From: Lama guanicoe
Lineage: Eukaryota
NCBI GenBank assembly: GCA_013239625.1
Contig: MU055574.1
Location: 16,733,716-16,797,715 of the forward strand
DNA length: 64,000 nucleotides
Reading direction: 5' to 3'
The position numbers and the translations under genes are program-made. Of the stretch, positions 32,325-44,345 are shown piece after piece. Within the stretch, counting starts at the first letter, position 1. Each line of letters begins with the position of its first letter. The notes below the pieces were generated by a model. The model saw only the letters and a program-made list of their open reading frames with translations. It was not told the DNA's origin and ran no database searches.

Positions 32325-35300
32325 TCGACAATTTATTTCTCTTATCATCTTCCTCTCCAAATCATTTTATCTTGGACTTCATGTCCAATAAACCTCTAAA
32401 CCATCGTTGAGGCTGAAACCTGATTTTAAGGGCTTGGACAGATTTAATATGCTTCTGCAGAAGGAGGCGGTCCCATTTAACAAATTAACTGGGATAATTC
32501 AGTCAATTGGCAATTTAGTTGGAAAGAACTGAAGAATGGTGGAATGTTAGATGCTGTGACGGGCCCTGGTGGAGGCGAGTGAGGAACTTTCTGGTGATCC
32601 TAAAATACACAACGTAGACAGCCACCTCTTCTGCCTCCACGGGAGGCTGGCCCAAACCTGGGTACCAAGGCCGTGCCAGGGTCACTGTTGAGACCGCTCC
32701 TGGGGGGCAGCTGTGGCTGGGCTGTCCTGAAATGGGGTAGAAACCTTCGCTCAAAACCCTGTCCCGCTCACCTCCCATCCTCAGAGGTCAGGGGCTGTGA
32801 GAGGGCAGGGCATGGATGAGGTGGCTGTGCAGGGGGCAGGGGGGGCGGCGTTTCGAGGGCGCTGCTCCTGGGTGGTCTCCGTGTGCTCCTTTTGCCAGAT
32901 TTGACTAAACAGGGGCCCTGAGGGCGCCAGAGCCAAACCTTCCTTTTTATAAATCAAAACCATCAAAATGGTAGACTTTTCATAATAAATAACTTCCATT
33001 CCCTGCCCCTTTATCTCTGTGCACATGCAGGGCTTATCCCCAAGTCCAGATCAAATGACACCATCCACCAGGGATTTTACTTGATTTAAAAAAAAATTGC
33101 ATCACTATTATTTGCATCACTATTCTTACTATCTTTTACAGTTAGTCATCCCACCAAGTATGTATGTCGTGTCTCCCAGGCGGGCTTGTAATTAGGACCC
33201 TTGATTATGTATATATTCTCAATCCAGCGCTCACTGTTAAGGACATAGAGTTGCTTAATAAATTTGCCTATGAATTGTCTATATTAGAGGTGGCCTTTTA
33301 GTGGTTGAGAAGAGCTGTTTGATCTGTAGTAAAAACCCATAATTTTAAGGTCGTTATCTCTTCCAGCATTAAATAACAATTTAAAATTCCTACTCTGTTT
33401 AGAAATTGTATCATCAAAGCACTTTCTATTAACAGAACTTATGTTGGACTTTGAAAATAAATTCTGCTAAAATAGCCATTAATGGTCAGAATTAAGTTTA
33501 GCGCTTATTTAAATTGGGCTCAGATTACCAAATCATCTTATGATTTAATCGACAAGCCCCACTGGCGCTGTAACGGGTGAGAGGAAAGTTTTATTGCATC
33601 TGTTTTTTAAAGCATGTGCATTTAAACATTTATCCCTATTTATTTTAACTAAACATTGCTTCTGGCGTAGCAACACTGAAGAAATTCCTTTGACATTAAG
33701 GGCTGTTTTAATGGTGTGTTTATCATTTCTGTACTGTGGTACTCAGATAACTAGGTTTAAAGGGAGTTGCAGATAGAATTAAGGGTATTTTGTTCTTTAT
33801 ATCTCTGGGACTAAAAATTCTGCCTGTAGCTGGTTGAATAATTAATATTTTATTTCACGAGTTTTCCTCTGCTAAGTGTTCTTGGAGACTATTTATAACT
33901 TGCACAAACTGGTCTGTTTGTAAACCGTCAGTATATTATGTCCAGTAGCAGAACACAGAAAGGCAGTCACTCCTGAGTGCGGGGAGGGAGGGCAGGGGTC
34001 ATGGGCATTTAAAAATACTCCTTTCTAACTGGTGCATCATGTAACAGTCCAACAGTGAGTCACCCTCATTTGAGATCTGTTGGGGATGGAATAAAGCCAG
34101 TCTTCTCTGAGCATTTTTTAAAGGACACTTTGGCTAGCCCAAAATGGAGGCTTTTCATAAGGTACTTCTTGACGAGTAATAAGGAGTCCACCCCAGCGTT
34201 TGAGGGGAGGTGTTTGTTATGGAGATTGTGACCACGAATCCCCCGCTGAGGCTCTGGGCGGCAGCTACCTCAGAAGCATCACTGCAGAAAGTGTGGAGCC
34301 CTGGGCCTTGGCTCTGTCCCCTGGAAAGTTGGCTTGAGGTGTCCCGACTTTCTGAGGCAGTGAGTGAATGAAGTATTGTCACATTAGTCACTGGCTCCAA
34401 ACGGGGGGGAAAAGTATGCTAATGTTGGTTTTTTTTTTTTAATGGAAACTATGAATGGAACCCTTACCCTTGACCATAACACAGTAGCCCGTTTATTTAA
34501 AGAGAACGTTCAGTATGGAACCCCACAGAACGTACACGCAGACGCAGGTGGATAGTGCATAGATTGGTCTTTGTTTTCCTTTTATATCAACTGATGTTTG
34601 GGCATCAGCCCAAGAAGGAAATAGACACCTTCTCCTCTGCGACATTTTGTTGCGTTAAGACAACCAAGAGCGCGTCGCTCCTTTTGTGTTGTCCCCTCAT
34701 CTCACTTGCTAATAGACCTTCCTTTTATCAGCGGCTGTGATGTGGGCCCATTTGTGACAGCCACATTGTGATTGTGCAACTCACTTCCCTTCTGTGATCC
34801 AAGTAGTAATTACAAGCCATTCGATCCAAAAGCATCTCCTGTGAGAACCCACGGAGTTTCAGTTTCCTCTCCTGGAGGCGCACTGAGCAGAAGTAATTTG
34901 ACATGTGCTTTCAAGACCGTTGATGTCGTAATAATAAGAAATGCTTCTGTAGAAGCTGTCCTACAAGGAGGGCCGCAGTGATTTGCAGACCTTCACTGTA
35001 GTGTCCGTGGTGGCCAAGGCTGCAGTCCAGTGATGTGGCCGTTTCGTGGATGGCTCCTCGGAGCTGGACCACGTGGCGCTCTGAGCATCAGTAGTCACCA
35101 TGGTTCCCGGGTTTTAAAACGAGGGGTAATTCTCATGCACTTCTTTGTAGTGGCCATCGTTAATTATGGTGGTCAAGCCTCTGAAGGTGGAATTCCACAA
35201 TCCACACTGAACTTCAAAAAAGTTTTTATATTGTTATGGTCCTTTATAGTTTATGTAATCCTTTCAAAGGCCATTCCTCACACCATTCCTGACCTCTCCA

Positions 35301-37463
35301 CGAGGCTACCATGTTTTAGCCCCTTTTAAAGGTGAAGAAATTGAAGCACGGAGACATGAGATAACCAGCCCTGACCAGTCTGGGATTTTACCCAGATTGT
35401 TTACTGAATTTTTGCTGTCTCATTTGTCTCCTCCAGGAACTGGAAATCTTGAACAGGCTGATCAGAAAGTAATTTTTGGGAGGAGGGGGAGATGGAGTGG
35501 GTGGGAGGGGTGTGCAACAGTCCTGACAGAAGTAGCGGCCCGGGGACTTCTGGGTGGGTGGCTAAAAGAGGACGTTAATGTGGCACCTTTAAGGGTAAGC
35601 TGAGAAAAGGGTTTCCAGACAGCTCAGCCTGTGTGCTTACTTCCATGGTTCTCTGTTCCTTTCATGAAAATTCTTAGGCTTATTGAAAATAAAGCATGTG
35701 CTTTCAGCGTGGATAACATTGACCCTTGAGGCAATCGGTCGAGTTTTTTCTCCAAGTGGGCAAAGCTTCCAACAGCCTTGGAGATCTGTAAGCACCAACT
35801 AGCCTTTTCTTTTTCTAGTTCGAGTTAAGGAATTAATCAATTCCATATTCTTGATGCTTTCTTTGAATAGCCAGACTTCCCCTTTGATTAATTGCACACA
35901 CTTCTAGAGGGTGTGTGTGTAACACACAGGGAAAAATTACATGTAAATGTTCTCTGTAGGAGCTCTTAGAGGATCTGAGTCTCCCACGGCCTCGGCTTTG
36001 ACGGGCATCTTCCCGTCTCTCACTAGGTCTTCACTAGATCTTCTGTCAACAGTGTAGACTCGGGAAATGGTTCCTCCGAGCAGCTGCAGGCACACGGCCT
36101 TGTGTCGCTGATAGACTATGAATGTTTCTTTTGTTCTTCTTTCCATCTTCCCATTTACCTGCACACTTTTGTCCTGTCTAGTTTTTCTTCCCCTTCAGTA
36201 ATCCTGTTAATTTGTCTTCTTGAAACACTGTGTAAACAGATTCGAATAAGATACTGAAAATGGACAACTTTTACCTTCCAAGCCTCTGAATTTCTAGTTG
36301 CATCCAATTCTACACCCGTGGGTTGGGTGTGTTCTGGGTGCTGGGTGCTCTGGGTTAAGGGTGAAGGAGACTGAGAATGGGAAAGTCAGGTCCTCTGCTG
36401 GTCATTCATCTCAGCACTTGTTGGGGTGGGGGGGGGCGTGTGAGCAGCCTAAAAATGAGTCTCCAGTGAGCTGGGCATGGCTCTGTGCTGTACAGGCACG
36501 TAGGAGAGTAGGCACATCTAATTGAGCGGAATTGGGGTTGAAGACGGGGAGAGAGCAAGAGGGACTTCATATGAGAGGAGGTAGCATTTGAAATAAGACT
36601 GAAAGATCTATGTGGTTTCAGCACAGATGCTGTGAGGAAGGTAAAGCATGGAAGGAGGTGGAAACGACCGGGGGGTCTGGAGGCAAGACGGTGTTTCTTG
36701 TTTCTCGGGTCAGGGGAGCCACTGTGTTCACCAGAACATGGTGTGTGTCGTAGGAAAACTGAAAGGAGTCAAGAAAGTTGGGTTGTGTCCGTGTTCTGAG
36801 AGGTCACTGCCAGGCTTATAGTTCTATGTGCCCTGGTGGGGAGTGCAGGCTCAGGCCGGCTTCCAGGGTTCACATCCCCCAGTTCACTATGAGAGCTGGG
36901 GCAAGTTTCTAGAATTTCCTGAGCCTCGTTATTCTCACCTGTTAGATGGAGGATGAGGACTGTGCCTCGCTTCGAGGGCTGTGAACAGTGAGCGAACTGA
37001 CGGCGTGTGGTACCGTCTCTCTGGGGTGCACTGTAGGGATGGGAACGGGAGGGCAGGCAAGGGGAGTTGGGGGTTCATATTTCCCACCTCCCTCCCCTAG
37101 TGTCCATCTTCAGTCACGTTTTCCCCTGGTCTGCTCTAGAAGCACAGAACAAATTGCTTTGCAGTGGTGATTGAGACGATTTGACTTCCTCTCGGCTTGG
37201 CTCTTGTGGTTTCTTGCTCCACAGTGACCTCTGCTGGGCTTTGGGTTTGATTCTGAGGGACAGCAGTTTGAGAGGTGGGGTCTGTGCCTTTAAGGCAGTA
37301 CCTGCCCTTTGCTGATGCACCTGGTTGAAATCACTGTTCAGATGAACCAAAGTGCCTGGAGGTTCAACCAGGGAAGAAAATGTGACCCGTGTGAGATAGG
37401 ACCTTTCAAGGGGAAGTGGTGTCCATGCTGATTCGCTGTGTCCGTGGCTCTGGGCATCTCCTC

Positions 37464-37464
<1 letters not shown>

Positions 37465-37498
<34 letters not shown>

Positions 37499-37520
37499 TC
37501 TTCATCTCTCTCTTCTTCTC
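37465..37520. repeat. (CTCTGT)n/(CT)n microsatellite
   Basis: TCTGTCTCTGTCTCTGTCTCTCTCTCTCTCTCTCTC. Confidence 0.85.
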
Positions 37521-37758
37521 CCTTTGGCACGTGAGATTCATATCCATTCTGGGCTGTGATCATCTTTCCAGGAAAATGTACAGAAAGTGACAGATCCATG
37601 ACAGATCCAGAAATGTCACTTCAAAGATGAGCAGCACATTTAAAAAAGACCACACAGGAAGATTGATTGTTTCCTTTCTTTGCCTAAACCTGCTCTTTCA
37701 AATTTCTTTAATGTCTGTATTCTAATATTTTAATCCTGTACAGGAGGATGTTTTGCTT

Positions 37759-37787
37759 TGTGTGTGTGTGTGTGTGTGTATGTGTGT
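37759..37787. repeat. (TG)n microsatellite
   Basis: TGTGTGTGTGTGTGTGTGTGTATGTGTGT. Confidence 0.85.
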
Positions 37788-38855
37788 TTTAAATGCATGG
37801 AATTCAAATAAAATCACCAGTCAGTGATGACTTTAAGATATGATGGGTGGGATATAATAATATGATAGTGTTGGAACGATATGTAACATTTTCTGATGTG
37901 TGTGGTGTTTTCACATATAGGATCTCCTTTGCTCACAAAAATTTATATTATTAATAAATGTAAGCAATTCTATTATATTAATAATATCCCCTTTTACAAA
38001 ATAGGAGACAAGGCTCAGCAAGGGAAATGTCTTGCCCTGCTGCTGGTTAAGTGGTACTTGAACACCTTTTGGTTTCAAATCCCCAAGTCTTGTCTTTACC
38101 ACGGGACTCATGTAAGAACCTAGCCAGAGGGAAACATTTCTGAGTTGCTTCATAAATGTTAACTATTTTTGTTTGTAAATCATCATGGTACCTATTAGCC
38201 TGACGTTGTTGGATTACTGTGACGGTGAGGTTTAGGAAACCACATTTCTTTGGGACAAGTTTCTGAAAGGTGGTCTGTTTGGGGATGATTTATAAAAATG
38301 CTTCTGGATATGAAATAGCTGAAGGATGGGAAAACATTTAAGTCAGGATTAGGGGTTAATTTTAAAAACAAATAGGAGTAAGAGAGAAGAGAAACGTGCT
38401 TGGAATCAGGTAACTGCAGTTCACGGTGGGATGCAGGCAGGCGTTAGTGGCCGTGGATGAGCAAGTAGCTGAAGTTCACTGAATCGTGGCTCAGATGCAG
38501 ATTTCACTGTGCCCCTTGTGGGCCAGCGGCTCCGGGGCAGCACGAGTCTGTACCAACCTGTCCTTCCATCAGCTGCTGCGCTCTAATTCAGGCTGAGAGG
38601 CAAAATGGCATAGTGGCTGGAACATGGGATGGGAAGTTATTTTCTCTCAGCCTCCCAGGGCTTCCGTTTCATGCTAGTTGAACGAAGGAGGACACCCCAG
38701 GCTTGTCTGCCCTGGAGGGTCACGAGAAGCCAGAGATGGGAGGGGTGAAAGGGCTCACTGTAAAATACACCATACACTAAGGGGACATGTTTTCACTCAT
38801 TTCCCTCGTTTGTGTATCAAATCTGTCTGCCTTCTCTTTTGGGATCTAAAAGCAG

Positions 38856-39017
38856 GTGGGTGACCTGCTGCACGTATACGGGCCGGCAGTAGACGGTGTT
38901 CCCCGAGACAGCACGTGGGAAAGCCAGGCTGACGTTCACTTCCAGGACCATCAAGCGGTGACTGTGATGATCAAGCCGGAACACAGAGTGGAAGACGTTC
39001 TGACTTTGGCCTGCAAG
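38856..39017 (+). CDS. TIAM2: TIAM2 coding exon (162 nt, phase 0 to 0); start of Ras-binding domain (RBD)
   Basis: AAAGCAG|GTG; VGDLLHVYGPAVDGVPRDSTWESQADVHFQDHQAVTVMIKPEHRVEDVLTLACK; donor AAG|GTAATG. Confidence 0.95.
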
Positions 39018-39475
39018 GTAATGGGCTTGGCTGAAGAAACAGACTTCTGAATGGAAGTACTCAGTAACATTGCCCTCCTGTGCCTTCTAAATTTGTGTGG
39101 TGTGTAAGACCTCACTTTCTCCACGGAGGAACAAATGAACATGTTTGTTAATTAACATTTCCTCTTCCATGTCTTAGAAGAATGGGTTAGGTCATGACCC
39201 CTTGCCTACATGAAGAACTTGAACTATCTTACTGAAATTCTACATAAAGCTTTATACCAGGTTATGAAGTTATGAAGTCTGTTGCTATGGAAGTTACTTG
39301 GAGATGGTGCTCTGTGAGGGAGTGGCAGAAACTTCTAAGTAGTTTTGAGTTCACCCCAAACCATTTTATCAAGTTTCTCTAGATTAAACGAGGAAGTTGG
39401 TACCACTCATAGTTGGTTCATGGAGATTGTGATGAGATGGTGTTTTATTCATTATTCAAACTGGGTTTTATTTCT

Positions 39476-39597
39476 TTTTTAGGGGGAGGGAATTAGGTTT
39501 TAATGTATTTATTTATTTATAGTGGAGCTGCTGGGGATTGAACCCAGGGCCTTGTGCATGCTGAGCATGCGCTCTATCACTGAGCTGTGCCCTCCCC
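39476..39597 (-). mobile_element. tRNA-derived SINE (Vic-1-like) with perfect 16-bp TSD
   Basis: SINE body flanked by ACTGGGTTTTATTTCT at 39460-39475 and 39598-39613. Confidence 0.93.
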
Positions 39598-39695
39598 ACT
39601 GGGTTTTATTTCTGAAAAGGAAGTTTATGGTACATTTTCAGGAGAGCCCTCAGAGATCACTGAAACGCTCAGCAGAATCAGAGCAGATGCTTTCA

Positions 39696-39713
39696 GACCA
39701 CCAGATGGCGTAG
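39696..39713 (+). promoter_or_regulatory. Candidate CTCF binding site
   Basis: GACCACCAGATGGCGTAG matches the CTCF core CCASYAGRKGGCR. Confidence 0.45.
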
Positions 39714-40568
39714 AAGAGCTGAAATATTTTTTAAAGTTTTCAGAGAAAATGCAAATATATGAAATGGTGAAAAAAAAAAGGCATGTAGAGCTTGGTAACT
39801 CTTTAGCAGGGACACTTGCTAGATGTGGATAATCTTTAATTTTAGTCCTCTTTTGTCACTTTGACTTAAGGCTTAGGATACCAGACATTTATATATGCAG
39901 CTTACATCCTTTTGAATTTAAATTTCTTTAACTCCATCATATAAGATTTTTACTCAAACAGCCAGCAGTGTTGTTCTATAGCAAAGATATCAGTTATTAA
40001 GTTGGGAAATGTTCTGACAGAGGAAGTGAGAAGTCGTTAGTGAATTATATCCAGTTAGAGCATCGTCCAGCCTGAGATGATTTCTCATTGTAGAGAATGT
40101 GAATGAGAGACAATGTGTAGGTATGTGCACCTTTTCCTGGGGAAAAGTTGTTGGAGTAGGAAATTCCTCATTCTGAAGTCTGTGGAATATGAAATTGCTC
40201 ACATTTCACAGATTTCTCTACGTTAGTAACAGGAAACAACCTAAAGTTGCATACAAGGAATCTGTGAGAAGAGACCGTTTGCTGAGATGCTGAGATGCAT
40301 TCTACCATCAGATATCCATGACTGTACCCTCTTCAAAATACATCCTTGCCTTTAGTGATAAGCAGTATCGAGAGAAAACCTTCTGAAAAATAATTATTTG
40401 TCCTTCCTTTCTTTTTTTTGCATATTTAAATTTGAGCTCTTGGATAGGTTTAAACTCAGCACATTACACAAGAGATTTCTTTTAGAAATTCCCACTTTGA
40501 TTTTTAATGAACAACGATGAATTTAGAAGGAACACTTAACATCTGGATAACTGTCACTTTCTTTATAG

Positions 40569-40673
40569 ATGAGGCAGCTGGAACCCAGCCACTATGGCCT
40601 TCAGCTTCGAAAAGTAGTAGCTGAAAACATTGAGTACTGTATCCCTGCGCCGTATGAATACATGCAAGACCAG
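40569..40673 (+). CDS. TIAM2: TIAM2 coding exon (105 nt, phase 0 to 0); RBD; GC donor
   Basis: TTTATAG|ATG; MRQLEPSHYGLQLRKVVAENIEYCIPAPYEYMQDQ; non-canonical donor CAG|GCAAGT. Confidence 0.93.
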
Positions 40674-40853
40674 GCAAGTGGGCGCTGGCTTCAGAGGGGA
40701 ACACCTGAACCCCATCCTGGCCCTTTACTTTTAGAAAATGTAATTTTGGGGGAAAATTCTGTTCAAATTTGGCATCTAGTTGGGAAACAAAATAAATTTC
40801 CAAGATATTATGACATTAAATCCTCTGATTTTCGTGGTTTTTACCTTTTGTAG

Positions 40854-40932
40854 GTTTATGATGAGATAGAAGTCTTTCCACTAAATGTCTATGACGTTCA
40901 GCTGACGAAGACCGGGGGCGTTTCTGACTTTG
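40854..40932 (+). CDS. TIAM2: TIAM2 coding exon (79 nt, phase 0 to 1); RBD/PDZ boundary
   Basis: TTTTGTAG|GTT; VYDEIEVFPLNVYDVQLTKTGGVSDF; donor TTG|GTAAGC. Confidence 0.95.
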
Positions 40933-42294
40933 GTAAGCGTAAGGAACACCCTTGCTGGAGAACCGCCTTGTCCGTCCTTGCCTAGTTCACTCCGGTATCT
41001 TTGGGCCTAATAATTGTTTCTTTACATTTTCAGAAATTATGACGGTAGTTTCCGAGCTTCCTTTCTCTTTCTTCATTTCTATTTATTCATGTTAGCGGGC
41101 TGAAAAGATGTATTAATAGTAGGGAGAGATGCTAAAGTAATGAAAAGGAATGAATGTAAGAATCGAAGAGAAATTTGGAAGGATGGCGATGATAGCAACA
41201 CAATGAATTTATTGTGTGCTGAGTGCTGTTCTGAGCTGATTAATTTATGATTCATGTAACAGTTCTTTTCATCTCGGGTCTTTGCTCTCAGCTTTTCACC
41301 CACCTGGTCCACACCCTTCACCCCTCCTCTCCCAGTCCCTCCTCTCTGACTGTGTAAATCCCACCCAGCCTTCAAGAACTAATAACTTTCTTGAAACAAC
41401 CTTACTCAATTGCTTTACCTTCAGTTTAACGATTAAGGGTCAGTATTACCCAAATCACTTAGTAGTATTTAATTCTTGCATTTTCATTTGCCTGGATTTG
41501 AACTTGGCTTTGAGCTCTTTTTAGACTGTGCTCATGTCTTAGAGTTCCTTCCTGTCTTTTATTTTATCTTTTACCATAGGAAGTCGATAATTAGATAATG
41601 ATCAATAAATATCTCTGTAGAAAGGCTATTTCTTATTAGATATATTGACACAATTATTTTCCTTAAAATGACTCAAGCTGATTACATTCTAGTCATTGTA
41701 ATACGTTTGTTTCCTTTTTATGATTTGTTACTTGTTCCTTTTTTTTAATTGATAAAATTGACATTTTTTTTGTTTCTTAGTTTATGTAATCTGTTTGGAC
41801 CCAAACGTTATGTTGGTTTTTCCTCTGAAGCTCTCTGTTTAGTTCATGTTTCTATTGGCCTTCGGTCTACTCTCCACGGTCCCCATTGGTGAATCTTCTT
41901 TGCATTTGAATAACTGGAGGAAGATACTTGGAATAATACTTTCTGATGACCAAATTCTGCTAGGCTCTGCCTGAGCACGGAGTAGACAGGGGACGTGCCT
42001 TTCTCCTTATTGTTAAAGAACTGCCGGTGTTATGGGACCAAGACCCAAAAACGTGTATTCCCAGCATGGAATCAGAGAGGAGAGCATCTCTGAATAGGGA
42101 GATGCATTCAGAGGAAGGAAGTCTCGCCTGGGTGTCTCACGTGGTCCTATTTAGGGCAAGCACTGTCTCCATTCAAGCATTTTTTCCAGCCACTTAAAGT
42201 GCCTAGTCCCATATAGAGTTGTTTCTTAACAAATATTTTGTATTGAAGCAAACATAATTTATTTCAATAAGATTATTTTTTGGTCTCAACTTTT

Positions 42295-42799
42295 AAAACA
42301 AATTAGAAAAAAATTAAATTGTGCTAAACTACACATATCATAAAGTTTACCTTTGCAACCACTTGTTAAGAATGGTTAATGGGACAGTCAGTGACATTAA
42401 ATCCACTCATGTTGTTGTTCAACTATTACCACCATCCATTTCCAGAACTGATTTTATCTTGCCAAACAAGGACTCTGTTAAACAGTAACTTCCCATTTTT
42501 TTCCCCCAGCATCTGGCAATCAACCTCCTATTTTCTGTCTCTGTAGATGTGACTGCTCTAAGTGCCCCATATAAGTGGAATCACACAGTAGTTGTTCTTT
42601 CATGGCTAGCTTATTTCACATGCATAATGTCCTCAAGGTTTGTCCATGTTGTGGCATGTGCCAGAGTTTTCTTTTTTCTGAGTGAATAATATTCCATTGC
42701 ATACTGCCTTCTGTTTATCTATTCATCTGTCAGTGAACAGTTGGGTTGCTTCCACCTTTTGGCTGTTGTGAATAATGCTGCTCTAAACGTCAGTATATT
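42295..42799 (-). mobile_element. LINE-1 3' fragment (L1MB-like) with 12-bp TSD
   Basis: Antisense L1 3'UTR motifs (ATAAGTGGAATCACACAGTA, CTTATTTCACATGCATAATGTCCTCAAGGTT, TTGGGTTGCTTCCACCTTTTGGCTGTTGTGAATAATGCTG). GTCTCAACTTTT occurs at 42283-42294 and 42800-42811. Confidence 0.88.
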
Positions 42800-43036
42800 G
42801 TCTCAACTTTTGAATAAGGTCGTGCATTCATTTGTCTTTATTCTTTGAATCTGACCTGCTCCCCTTTGCCTGCCTTTTCTGGATATCTGTGCTTTCAAAC
42901 TAGTTGTAGTTTAGACTTTCTAAACATACTGTACTTATGAGACTAGATGTTCAAGGAATTACTGTCAATTAAGTTGGGGAAATTAATCAATGTGATGCAC
43001 TTAGACTTGCTTTTTCTCTTTCATTTTCATCCCCAG

Positions 43037-43129
43037 GGTTTGCAGTGACCGCGCAGGTGGACGAGCGGCAGCATCTTAGCCGCATATTTATAAGTGACGT
43101 TCTCCCTGACGGCCTGGCATATGGGGAAG
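43037..43129 (+). CDS. TIAM2: TIAM2 coding exon (93 nt, phase 1 to 1); PDZ domain
   Basis: CCCCAG|GG; GFAVTAQVDERQHLSRIFISDVLPDGLAYGE; donor AAG|GTGCGT. Confidence 0.95.
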
Positions 43130-43694
43130 GTGCGTGTTGTCCAGGGTCTCCATTCTCTCTCCGTTCCAACCTGTGCACTGCAGTCTGGCTAGTGAAATCT
43201 CCTTACGGTTTTATCAGAAAATGATGTCTCCTAGAATTTTTAGAAAAGTAAACTTAATAGTTTAATTGAAAATGTATGTACATGTATAGAGAGAGAGAGT
43301 GAGAGGGAGAGAATTTGCATGTGTGTGTGTTTGGAAAGAGAGGGAGAAGTTATGCACACACACAGTGCATGTGCGTATGTACAGACGGACAGGGAGAGCC
43401 AGCCAGGCAGATAGACAGACATGTATGACTCCCTGGGGCGTGGAACATCAGATAAATAGAGGAATAATTCGTTTGAGTGACCCTCCAACTGTTTCTTCTG
43501 ACACGAGTCCAGAAGCAGGGCTGAGGTGTGTTTTGGCATCTCTGCAATCGCGGTCCTGTGTGCCCTGGCCCTCACTCTGAAGACGGCAGCAGAACAGGCC
43601 CCGGCTTGAGTTTGCAGCTGCGTCTCATCTTAAGCCGTGCTGCACAGTGATCTCACTCCGTCTTCTTCCTCTGTGTCCCCTTCATCCTTCTCAG

Positions 43695-43958
43695 GGCTGA
43701 GAAAGGGCAATGAAATCATGACCTTAAACGGGGAAGCCGTGTCTGATCTTGACCTCAAGCAGATGGAGGCCCTGTTTTCTGAGAAGAGTGTCGGGCTCAC
43801 TCTGATCGCCCGGCCGCCGGACACCAGAGGGACTCTCTGCTCTTCCTGGTCGGACAGTGACCTGTTCTCAAGGGACCGGAAGGGTCTGCTGCCCCCTCCT
43901 AACCAGTCCCAGCTTCTGGAGGAATTCCTGGATAACTTTAAAAAGAATACGGCGAATG
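43695..43958 (+). CDS. TIAM2: TIAM2 coding exon (264 nt, phase 1 to 1); PDZ C-terminal half and linker
   Basis: TTCTCAG|GG; GLRKGNEIMTLNGEAVSDLDLKQMEALFSEKSVGLTLIARPPD...QLLEEFLDNFKKNTAN; donor ATG|GTAAGA. Confidence 0.97.
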
Positions 43959-44269
43959 GTAAGATTCTGTGTGTTTTCTTTCTTCTTTACTGCTGGTATC
44001 ACCAGCTAATACTTTTAGGCTGTCAAAAATGACAAACTTGCAAACTTAGATTATTTAAGCTGTTCAAAGAATATCTTCTCATTTCTTAGGGGAAGAACAC
44101 AGATGCCAACCAAGTAGTTTTGATTAAAATCCCATGCATTTTAGTGATTACAACACTTCTGTAAAAATAGCAAGGAATTGTTTTTGCACAAAATTACGTT
44201 CTTTAAAATCGCAGAGTCTTAAAAAAAAGCACACATGATATTTATTTACTTTTGGTCAGCAGATTATAC

Positions 44270-44345
44270 TTTCTTTTTATTTGTGTTTTCATTGAAGTGT
44301 AGTCAGTTACAATGTGTCAGTTTCTGGTATACGACACAACATCCC
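44270..44345 (-). mobile_element. Very short LINE-1 3' terminus (camelid-type)
   Basis: TTTTCATTGAAGTGTAGTCAGTTACAATGTGTCAGTTTCTGGTAT is the antisense of an L1 3' end like the one at 26400-26450. Confidence 0.6.

Noticed and set aside
33097-40298. Short tandem micro-duplications (TTGCATCACTATT x2 ~33097, TGACAGATCCA x2 ~37588, GTTATGAA x2 ~39261, GCTGAGAT x2 ~40281) as a possible repeat-spacer array
   Set aside because: They are unrelated, isolated slippage duplications with no common repeat or regular spacing. Nothing CRISPR-like, as expected in mammalian DNA.
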